Assembly: GCA_043820675.1 (NCBI GenBank)
Contig: JBDRDM010000006.1
Coordinates: 1 to 38,378, forward strand
DNA from: Candidatus Micrarchaeota archaeon
GTDB lineage: Archaea; Micrarchaeota; Micrarchaeia; Norongarragalinales; SBBD01
DNA length: 38,378 nt
Direction: 5' to 3'
Part shown: piece after piece, positions 26,239-33,811 of the stretch
Layout: each line of letters opens with the position of its first letter
Numbering within the stretch: the first letter of the stretch is position 1
Notes under the pieces: generated by a model
Told to the model about the DNA's origin: nothing
Seen by the model: the letters and a program-made list of their open reading frames with translations, nothing else
The model's database searches: none
Program-made: the position numbers and the translations under genes

Positions 26239-26739
26239 AAATGGTTCCCACTGTTTATTCTGACTTGGAAAATCAGATAATGCAAGGTTATTATTCAGCA
26301 GTCAAACGTTTAAAAAGGTTGTTTTATGAGGGCGGAATTGCAATGCGCGGCCATGCAATCTTGGGGGTGCTTGCATGCGAAACTATAAGGGGATTAGGGA
26401 ACCGATAAGGATAGCTATTAGAATGCTTCCGGGAAGTTCTAAAACAAGAAAAATAGTTTAGGGGGGCCGCCCCAAGAGTTCATGCTTTGCAAGTGCGACG
26501 GAAGCCGGAATGCCTCATTCCAAGAGGGCATGAATTGCCTCCCCTCCGGAGGAAAGTTCCCTGCCGACGTTCAACCCGAAACTAACGAAAACAGTCAATG
26601 CTGCTTGTTTTTTCAGAGATGAATACCGGCGTGGAATTTTGTCGCTTTTGCATTTGCACCTCTCAAGGGCGGCCATGATTTTTTTTGATCTGATTTCTTC
26701 TAATTTAAATGGATTATTTCAATTCGCTGGTCACTCCAT

Positions 26740-26991
26740 TCAACCAAGCGCATTAAGCTCTTCATCCGTAATTCCCGGATCGGATTCGCCCAGTTCCTGC
26801 GTTAGTTTGTCGATATCTGCAATCTGGTCGGCGCTTTCCTGAAGGGCGCCATCAATGCTTGGATCAATAGTCACGGCAATGGCAGTAATTGTCGGCTCCA
26901 TTGTGGGCTGGGCAGTAGGTTCAACGCCGCCTCCAAGGCAGCCATATGTCAGCATGCCAACGATTGCCAATGCCAGGATCAGGGTTTTCAT
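26740..26991 (-). CDS. small acidic secreted protein or lipoprotein
   Basis: 83 aa. MKTLILALAIVGMLTYGCLGGG is a signal peptide with a lipobox-like Cys, followed by an Asp/Glu-rich tail. GGTGAT lies 5-6 nt upstream of the ATG and overlaps the stop-codon region of the upstream gene (11-nt gap), suggesting co-translation. Confidence 0.6.
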   Translation of the reverse strand: MKTLILALAIVGMLTYGCLGGGVEPTAQPTMEPTITAIAVTIDPSIDGALQESADQIADIDKLTQELGESDPGITDEELNALG

Positions 26992-27002
26992 TCATATCAC
27001 CA

Positions 27003-28940
27003 TTATGAGGAGTTCGCCGGTATCGAAGGGGAAGGTTCCGGAGTGGGTGTTGGGGAAGCTTCAATGCTAGGGGTTGGTTGGGGAGTTGCGGAAGGTGAGG
27101 GTTCAACGCTTGCCGACGGAAAGGGTTCGGGAGTGGGCGAGGGAGTGATTGACGCGTTTACAGAGGGAGTTGGAGTTGCCGTTGCGTTTATGCTGGGGGA
27201 TGGGGTAATTGTGGCATTTACACTCGGAGTCGGTGAAATTGTTGCATTAACGGAAGGAGAGGGGGTAATTGTGGCATTTACACTCGGAGTCGGCGTAACG
27301 GTTGCATTAATGGTGGGTGAGGGGGTAATTGTGGCGTTCACACTTGGGGTTGGCGTAACCGAAGGTTCAACAGTGGGCCTTGGCCTTATGGTCGGCTCAG
27401 GGATATCGACCTCCTTGCCTTCGCGCATCTGCACGAGGATGCGCTTAATGTGCGCAAGCCACAAAGTGATGCTATTTAGGCGCCATTGAGCTTCCTTGAA
27501 TGTCTGCGAATCCTTCACGCCATCCAACTGCCCCTTCAATTTTACGATCGCATTGTCGAGTTTTTCGGTGTCCCTTCCGGACTCCTTGAGCTTTCCGCTC
27601 AATTCCTCCAGTTTGTTAATATGCCTATAAATTACTTCAATCCTTTTCAGAATTGTTTTCAGGTGCTGTTGGAAGATCTGCTTATTCCGGAATTCATTCC
27701 ATCTCGCCAGGACTTCCTTAATGATCGCACGCTTCTCCTCAGGCATGTTTGCAGCCTCGAATTCGGACTGTTTCCTTAGCACATAGGCCTTTATGCTTTC
27801 CATTTCCCCGGGAGTCAGGTAACCCTGCGCTTGGAGTTTTTCGATAGTGTTCCGTATGCTCCTGAATTCGTATTTGACGTAATTGATGGCCCTGCCTTTA
27901 AGTTCGGATTGGCATTTCGTTTTTTCGTACCCTTTTTTGGTATCGCACGCCTTAATGCCCTCGAGCCCAAATTCCTTCTTGAGGCAAGCATCCTTCAAAA
28001 CAGGGTCTTGGGCATTCTTGCAGCGGTTCTCGCGCCCATCATCGTCTTTTAGCTCGGTGATGCACGCACGGATGGTTTCGTTGGAGGTGCTGTTGTCATC
28101 GCCGTATTCGACGCGGCATTCCTTGAGGCGGAACATGCAGCTGGCTTTCCCAACCGGATTGTCGCCAAGGTTTGCGCACACCCTGCACCTGTTTTGCAGA
28201 TCCGGGTTTTCAAAAACGTTGCAGTCGACCTTGATTTCGTTGAACTCCTGCCTTAATTTTGCAAGGCAGGCAGCATTTCCGGCCTCATCATTTGCGAATT
28301 TTTCAGCGCATAAATATGCGGCATCGGAAACATCGAATGCGTCCTCGGTGCCCTCCTTGAGGGCGGTCTTGCATCTCCTCTGGTCCTCCTTATCTGTGAA
28401 TTGGCCGCAAGTTTCCAACGGATCCTCGTTTTTTTGGCCATTTTCAATTTCCGCCTTGCACTTTGCACGTGCGTCATCGTTAATAATGAGGGCGCAGGCA
28501 CGCAGTTTAATGGCCGGAAGAGAGTCGCGAACGTTTTCCTTAAGGCCCGCAAAGCACTTCTCAATTGACTCGTCATCATCAAGCGTTTTGCACTTCTGGA
28601 AAGGAAGTGCAATGTCCTTGGCATTTGCGCCGATCTTCTTAAGGCAAGCGGCAACATCGGAAGCACTTGCAAGGCCGCGGCACCTAACAAGCTCGGTTGC
28701 AACGCCACTGCAGGCGCCCTGGTAGGAAACTTCGGTGCCCGCCGACATTGCACGGCACGCATTATCATAAGTATTGCCATCAACACCGCAAACCGGGCGG
28801 TAGTCCTTGGTGCAAAGGCCGCCATCATCTATCTTCTGGGCAACCCTCAGACTCGCAGGGCTGTTGCTTTCAGCATGGACCGGAAAAGCGAAGAAGGAAA
28901 ACAGGAGGGAAAGTAAAAGAATTAAGCCAAATGTTCTCAT
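27003..28940 (-). CDS. secreted Cys-rich protein: signal peptide, Kazal-like domain, repeated C-x11-13-C helical modules, coiled coil, Thr/Pro/sequon repeat tail
   Basis: 645 aa. Signal peptide is MRTFGLILLLSLLFSFFAFPVHA. CTKDYRPVCGVDGNTYDNACRAMSAGTEVSYQGAC matches the Kazal core (C-x3-Y-x-P-V-C-G-x-D-G-x-T-Y-x-N-x-C...G-x-C) in a 4-Cys form. About twenty further Cys occur, mostly in C-x11-13-C pairs with acidic centres. The C-terminus is (TP[TS]P[ST][VI]NAT[IVA]) x 7. AGGTG lies 8 nt upstream of the ATG, and a TATA-like ATATATAA sits at about 28994-29001. Confidence 0.7.
   Translation of the reverse strand: MRTFGLILLLSLLFSFFAFPVHAESNSPASLRVAQKIDDGGLCTKDYRPVCGVDGNTYDNACRAMSAGTEVSYQGACSGVATELVRCRGLASASDVAACLKKIGANAKDIALPFQKCKTLDDDESIEKCFAGLKENVRDSLPAIKLRACALIINDDARAKCKAEIENGQKNEDPLETCGQFTDKEDQRRCKTALKEGTEDAFDVSDAAYLCAEKFANDEAGNAACLAKLRQEFNEIKVDCNVFENPDLQNRCRVCANLGDNPVGKASCMFRLKECRVEYGDDNSTSNETIRACITELKDDDGRENRCKNAQDPVLKDACLKKEFGLEGIKACDTKKGYEKTKCQSELKGRAINYVKYEFRSIRNTIEKLQAQGYLTPGEMESIKAYVLRKQSEFEAANMPEEKRAIIKEVLARWNEFRNKQIFQQHLKTILKRIEVIYRHINKLEELSGKLKESGRDTEKLDNAIVKLKGQLDGVKDSQTFKEAQWRLNSITLWLAHIKRILVQMREGKEVDIPEPTIRPRPTVEPSVTPTPSVNATITPSPTINATVTPTPSVNATITPSPSVNATISPTPSVNATITPSPSINATATPTPSVNASITPSPTPEPFPSASVEPSPSATPQPTPSIEASPTPTPEPSPSIPANSS
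27135..27356 (-). repeat. in-frame 30-nt tandem repeat (about 7.4 copies) encoding a decapeptide with an N-A-T/S sequon
   Basis: The peptide is TPTPSVNATI TPSPTINATV TPTPSVNATI TPSPSVNATI SPTPSVNATI TPSPSINATA TPTPSVNASI TPSP. At the DNA level, the exact 32-mer 27202-27233 recurs at 27262-27293, an offset of 60 nt. Confidence 0.85.
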
Positions 28941-29200
28941 TAGGCAGCACCTATTTTTTTCTATCGAGTGGGTAAGTAATAGAATCTTATGCGATATATA
29001 ACCTTTTCGGTGAGTTAGTGGTTTTTTCCGAGGTAAAACACAATAAGCTGTAAGATCGGAAAAATTACCGGGCTTTGATAAATTGCAAGGAATCGGGGAT
29101 TGGGGGCTTTATTCGCATAAGAGCTGCGCCGAGTAATAATATGATAACATATTTAAAAATTATAATGGAAAGATTGGTGGGAAATAAAGTTTCCACTCGC

Positions 29201-29244
29201 AATGAAAAAAATGAAAAAAGGCGGTTTGGATATATAGCCGCTTT
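29201..29244 (-). terminator. hairpin plus T-tracts immediately after the surface-protein stop codon
   Basis: The minus strand reads AAGCGGC-(loop)-GCCGCTT-like stem (29218-29244), followed by TTTTTTCATTTTTTT. Confidence 0.45.
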
Positions 29245-32200
29245 AGTGTTTGCCGGTCTTTTCGCCCATCCTCATCGAATACAGGTAGGCACCTACGATG
29301 AGCAATGCGATTACGAGGATTATCCAGCCAATGTAGCTCCAGATTCCCTCGGAGGCCGATGGATTGTAGGCGGCACCGACAACGGATTTGCCGGTTGGCT
29401 TCACGGTCGAGGCCCCTGACGTTTTGGTTGGTTGCGGTTTTAGTTTTGTCTTCGGGGGCTGTATTTGTTGGAGTATGGACTCTTCGACGTGTTTATACAC
29501 TATCACATCTCCTACGAATTCCTCGCCCGGGCCAAGCTTGTTCCCTCCGGATAAGTCATATCTGACTCTCACGCTTCCTGGCCCCACGAATGCGGGCTGT
29601 GGATCGAAGGCGATATAGCCTGCAAGGAAGTCCGCATAATCCAGGGGCAGCGTGAATTCCACGGTGCCATCAAAGCCGCTGGAGCCAGCGGTGAAGCCAA
29701 GGTTTATCGTTGCCTTGCTTTCCTCAAAAGTTCCGCTCACGAAGGAATTGGAATCGAGCTCGGTTGCAACCGGCTTTGTGCCATCCGATGGGCCGGTGGT
29801 GGGTGTCGCCTCGGATTTAATCGCATCCGGGATTTTTTCAACATCGCAGCCGGTCTTTCCGCATGGATTGCCGCTCCCGCCTCCTGGCGAAGTTGTCGGT
29901 GTTGCCGTCGGGGTAGGTGCCGCTGAAATGGTGACATTGGTCGAGTTTGTGGTGCCCGTATAGTTCACGAGAAGGTTCACGATTCCTGCTGAAAGCGATG
30001 TGAAGAACCCTGACGAATTTACTGAACCATTGCCGGTGATATTTGTTGCGGAAAATACCACCAATGTGAAGTTGTTGTTGATTGATGAATTGATGTTGCC
30101 ATATGCATCAACTGCGGTTGCAGTGAACAATTGGGTGCCACCGACCGTCAATGATGGTGCAAGCGGGCTGAGGAGGATTTTAGATACAGGACCGACTGTA
30201 ACTGATGCATTGGTGAGATTATAGGCGGAGGAATTAAGAATGGAAACGACGAGAAATGTCGTATTGCCGGATTGCTCGCCGCGGAAAAGCGCCGTTGTCG
30301 AGGTGTTGGAGATCAGCACCAATATCGACTCGTTGCCTTGCGTGAAGATGAAACCGCCGGTGTTGTTTTGATTGCCGTTTGCATCCCTTCCAGTTACGCT
30401 GAAGGAGAAGTTCCTTCCGGATTGGTTGACGGGGAAAAGGGGTGAAATTTCAACCTTCACGATCATACCTGCCGATACGGTGGCATTTGTGGTGTTCGTT
30501 GCTGAAAGGTTTGAAAGGGAATAGAAGATAAGGGTTGCAGTACCGGGAGCGCCCGCAAGGAACGTATAAGTGTCGCTTGTGTTGGAGGAGAGCGAAAGCA
30601 CGGTGGAATTGCTGATTGAGACGTTGTTTCCAGCGGAAACTGCAGCATTCCCGGCATTGTCAAAGCTCGAAACCGTGATTACGAACGTGCTGCCTGATGG
30701 GGCTTTGGGGCTTAAGAGGCTGATGCTTATTTTCTGAACATTTCCTGCGCTTACGGTAAGGGAGGTCATGTTCGAAGCCGAAAGGTTAGCAAGCGACCAG
30801 AAGGTGATGTTTGCAAGGCCGGCGACCCCTCCAATGAACGTGAACGTGTTGGAGGTGTTCGAATCGTATACAGCAATGGTTCCGTCATCGACGCTGTAAT
30901 TGAATTGGTCGTTGCCTGAAGTGTTTTGGATATTACCATACACATCATATCCGATAAGAGTATAGGTAGTTGATGCCGAGGAAGCGATTGCATTGTCGAA
31001 TGGGCTTATGGAGAATGAAATGAGCGCTTCAGCGGCAACGGTAAAGACCGACGCATTAGATGCCGAGGAGTTGGAACCGGAGGAAACTGTTATTGTTTTG
31101 GAACCGGAGCCCCTGAGGGTAAAATCAGCGCTGGTATCGTTTGAGGTTCCGTTTGCAGGCATCGTGCCAATCGTATCTGAGGTGCTGTAATTATAGGTGT
31201 CGGCGACGAGATTGCCGTATTTGTCCTTGCTGGTAAAGGAGCCATTGAATGCGGTTCCTGCTGTCGGAGTGGCTGTTGAGAAAGCATATTGGACATATGC
31301 AACAGTGCTCGGGGATACCACTACCGTTGTGCTATTCGTCGCGGAGGAATTTGTTGCAACGGTAATTGTAACCGTCTGGCTTCCGGAAGTACTGAAAGTA
31401 ATGTTGAAGGTGTTGGTTCCGTTTGTGGCCGCACCATCAGCTTGAGTGACTGCGCTCGAATCGCTAGTGGAAGTATTGAACGTTTCAGAGGTGGGATTTC
31501 CGAATACATCGGTAGTCGTAATGTTGCCGTAAATGGCCGTTCCGGCGGTCGCGGTTGTTGCAAGCTGGAACATGGAAATATAGGCGGTAGTTGCGGCAGA
31601 AACAATAAAAGTCGAAGTGTTAGCGGCAGATTCGTTAGTTCCGGACGTAATGGTAATCGTTTTGCTGCCGGATGTGCGCAGAGTCAAGCTTGCATTGGTG
31701 TTGTTGGCGGTGCCGTTTGCGGGCATCGTGCCGATGGTATCGGAAGTGCTGTAATTATAGGTGTCGGCTACAGGGTTGCCGTACATATCATACGATGTGA
31801 ATGAGCCGTTGAAGGCGGTGCCGGCTGTTGGGGCAGCTGTCTCATATGAATACCTAACTTCAGTTACGCCAGCAGGAACGATACCAAAAGTATTCGAAGT
31901 ACCCGAATCAATTGTTGCATCGGTTGCACTGCTGTTGAAAGTATATGCTGTAAGGGAATAAGTTCCAGTTGCCGTTGGATTCACGACATTTGAAACAAGA
32001 ATCGTTACATTCTCGCCTCCAAGGATGAACCATGGATCATAACCCCCGAAGGTAATATTCTGGCCAGCAATGGTTCTGCTTCCGGTAGTCATGTTTACCG
32101 TATCCGAGCTAGCATTTGCGCCTGAAATGTCAAAACCCGCTGGGAAGGTGAATGTAACATTGGTAAAATTATCGTGAATTGTGGTGACATTGATGGTGAT

Positions 32201-32326
32201 ATTATAATTGGTGGTCGCACCGGCAGTGATGCTGGCGGGAGTGACATCAACTGCTGCGAGGGCAGCTGCGGAAACGCCTGCGCTCACGAAAAACAACGCT
32301 ACGACTAAAGCCAGATATTTGTTCAT
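29243..32326 (-). CDS. large cell-surface (S-layer candidate) glycoprotein-like protein with repeated Ig-like modules and a C-terminal TM anchor
   Basis: 1027 aa. Signal peptide is MNKYLALVVALFFVSAGVSAAALA. Thr/Ser/Asn-rich ~90-aa modules of the form ..TAGTA..G..T..D.YGN follow, with dozens of N-x-S/T sequons and a Pro/Thr linker (PTPTATPTTSPGGGSG). The C-terminal hydrophobic helix IWSYIGWIILVIALLIVGAYLY is followed by basic residues. TATA (32380-32387) and GGTGA (32331-32335) lie upstream. Confidence 0.75.
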   Translation of the reverse strand: MNKYLALVVALFFVSAGVSAAALAAVDVTPASITAGATTNYNITINVTTIHDNFTNVTFTFPAGFDISGANASSDTVNMTTGSRTIAGQNITFGGYDPWFILGGENVTILVSNVVNPTATGTYSLTAYTFNSSATDATIDSGTSNTFGIVPAGVTEVRYSYETAAPTAGTAFNGSFTSYDMYGNPVADTYNYSTSDTIGTMPANGTANNTNASLTLRTSGSKTITITSGTNESAANTSTFIVSAATTAYISMFQLATTATAGTAIYGNITTTDVFGNPTSETFNTSTSDSSAVTQADGAATNGTNTFNITFSTSGSQTVTITVATNSSATNSTTVVVSPSTVAYVQYAFSTATPTAGTAFNGSFTSKDKYGNLVADTYNYSTSDTIGTMPANGTSNDTSADFTLRGSGSKTITVSSGSNSSASNASVFTVAAEALISFSISPFDNAIASSASTTYTLIGYDVYGNIQNTSGNDQFNYSVDDGTIAVYDSNTSNTFTFIGGVAGLANITFWSLANLSASNMTSLTVSAGNVQKISISLLSPKAPSGSTFVITVSSFDNAGNAAVSAGNNVSISNSTVLSLSSNTSDTYTFLAGAPGTATLIFYSLSNLSATNTTNATVSAGMIVKVEISPLFPVNQSGRNFSFSVTGRDANGNQNNTGGFIFTQGNESILVLISNTSTTALFRGEQSGNTTFLVVSILNSSAYNLTNASVTVGPVSKILLSPLAPSLTVGGTQLFTATAVDAYGNINSSINNNFTLVVFSATNITGNGSVNSSGFFTSLSAGIVNLLVNYTGTTNSTNVTISAAPTPTATPTTSPGGGSGNPCGKTGCDVEKIPDAIKSEATPTTGPSDGTKPVATELDSNSFVSGTFEESKATINLGFTAGSSGFDGTVEFTLPLDYADFLAGYIAFDPQPAFVGPGSVRVRYDLSGGNKLGPGEEFVGDVIVYKHVEESILQQIQPPKTKLKPQPTKTSGASTVKPTGKSVVGAAYNPSASEGIWSYIGWIILVIALLIVGAYLYSMRMGEKTGKH
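31031..31858 (-). repeat. intragenic duplicated modules (A-B-A') within the surface-protein gene
   Basis: Module aa 157-245 (nt 31592-31858) and module aa 345-432 (nt 31031-31294) share long stretches (PTAGTAFNGSFTS.D.YGN.VADTYNYSTSDTIGTMPANGT...SGSKTIT). The exact 23-mer 31182-31204 recurs at 31746-31768, an offset of 564 nt (188 codons). Confidence 0.8.
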
Positions 32327-32547
32327 TCAATCACCGATGGATAACATAAAATCCGATTACAAAAAGAAATCATCGGGGATATTTAAACTTTATTATTTAA
32401 GCCGGGATGTTGGAAATTGTTGGAAAAAAAGGAATTAGAAATAAAAATGCCGCAAATAGGTGTAATTGAATCGCCCACCGTAATACTAAATAATATAGGA
32501 GAATAACTGGAAACAGAAAAAAGAAAAGAAAAAATAAAAAAAGGGGA

Positions 32548-33627
32548 TCAGACGAAATTGATGTTTTCGAGGCCGATCCCTTCCTTCACCGCCGCCTTTT
32601 TGGGCTCCGCATGCCTGATCACGTTTGGAGAAGTGACGCCCGTAACCACCGCCGTAACGATGATCTTATCGCCCAGGTCGGGAGATATGCGCGCGCCCCA
32701 CTTGACATACGCCTTCGAGTCGAATGCGTCCGTGATGCCCTCGCCGATCTTCACTGCCTCGCCCAGTGTCATCTGGGGTCCGCCGTTGATCAGGATAAGG
32801 GCGCCTTTGGAGCCGACATAATCGACCTCAAGGAGCGGGTGCTCAAGAGTGCTCTGGATGACCTGGTTGACGCGGTCCGTGCCGGAAGCTTCGCCAATTG
32901 AGATCATCGCAGTGCCTGCATTGCCCATGATCATGCGAAGGTCCGCAAAATCGATGTTCATGAGGGATGGCAGCATCACCGTATCGGCAATGCCCTTGAC
33001 GGCCTTGGCAACCAAGGTATCTGCAACTGCAAATGCCTGGTTCATCGGAAGGTTCGGAACGAACTTCACGAGCCGGTTGTTGTCGATGATGACGACGGTG
33101 TCGCAAACAGCAGAGAGCTGCTCGAGCCCCCAGTCGGCCTTGTCAAGCCTTGCGCGCTCAAGTGCGAATGGGAATGTTACCATTCCAACGGTTATCGCGC
33201 CTTGCTGCTTGGCTACCTGCGCAACTATGGGTGCGGCTCCGGTTCCCGTGCCTCCGCCCATGCCGGCGGTTATGAAAACCAATTCGGAATCCTTCAAAAG
33301 TTCCGCTAGCTTATCCCGCGCACTTTCAGCAGCTTTTGCTCCGACTTCCGGAAAGCCGCCAGCTCCAAGTCCCTTAGTCATCGAAGCGCCGATGAGTATT
33401 CGCTTGTTTGCTTCCACCAGCCTGAGGTGGTTCGCGTCCGTATTTATCGCGATTGTCTCCGCGCTCGTGATGCCCATCTTGGTGAGCCTCGAGACGCAGT
33501 TGGTGCCTGCTCCGCCCACCCCCACGACTGTTATCTTCAGTTTCGCGGGAGCGAAATCCTTTCCAGCTTCCTCGGGAAGCTTATCGTATGCACTGTATTT
33601 CAGCGCATCTGCAATCAAACTGTCCAT
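32548..33627 (-). CDS. ftsZ: cell division protein FtsZ (paralog B, downstream copy)
   Basis: VVGVGGAGTNCV, GLGAGGFPEVG, ITAGMGGGTGTGAAPIVAQVAK, NRLVKFVPNLPMNQAF. ATG 33627 (MDSLIADAL...) is preceded by CGGAGGAG. The track ORF extends to 33693. Confidence 0.93.
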   Translation of the reverse strand: MDSLIADALKYSAYDKLPEEAGKDFAPAKLKITVVGVGGAGTNCVSRLTKMGITSAETIAINTDANHLRLVEANKRILIGASMTKGLGAGGFPEVGAKAAESARDKLAELLKDSELVFITAGMGGGTGTGAAPIVAQVAKQQGAITVGMVTFPFALERARLDKADWGLEQLSAVCDTVVIIDNNRLVKFVPNLPMNQAFAVADTLVAKAVKGIADTVMLPSLMNIDFADLRMIMGNAGTAMISIGEASGTDRVNQVIQSTLEHPLLEVDYVGSKGALILINGGPQMTLGEAVKIGEGITDAFDSKAYVKWGARISPDLGDKIIVTAVVTGVTSPNVIRHAEPKKAAVKEGIGLENINFV

Positions 33628-33811
33628 TTCACATCTCCTCCGGTGGGTTACCGTCGAACCTTTCAGTTCATCAAAACATATTGGTATGAGCATAGCGTAT
33701 GCCAGCGCCCCGAACGGGGAGAAACGTGAAGTGATTGAGGCATGGCAGCGGATTTGCGCAACTTCTGGCCCGACTATCCAAAGGAGGCGATGGGTAAAAA
33801 CCTCCCGGGAT

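Noticed and set aside
27135-27356. Regular 30-nt repeats considered as a possible CRISPR array
   Set aside because: The repeats are contiguous with no spacers, lie in-frame inside a long CDS, and encode a decapeptide repeat. No cas genes are in the window.
27043-28828. ORFs 27043..27489 +, 27883..28725 + (280 aa) and 28253..28828 - inside the Kazal-like gene
   Set aside because: Their translations are Gly/Val or Ser/Leu/Arg-rich repeats that mirror the real Thr/Pro and Lys/Glu/Cys-rich frame. Only the 27003..28940 frame has a signal peptide, an SD and a domain motif.
31031-31858. Near-identical intragenic modules considered as a diversity-generating retroelement TR/VR pair
   Set aside because: There is no reverse transcriptase in the window. 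Differences between the copies are not restricted to adenine positions, and both copies are in-frame modules of the same protein.
29075-31961. Numerous + strand and alternative-frame ORFs inside the 1027-aa surface-protein gene (for example 31289..31804 + at 171 aa, and 29075..29419 +)
   Set aside because: They are shadow frames of a Thr/Ser/Asn/Gly-rich gene. None has start-site signals or recognisable motifs.
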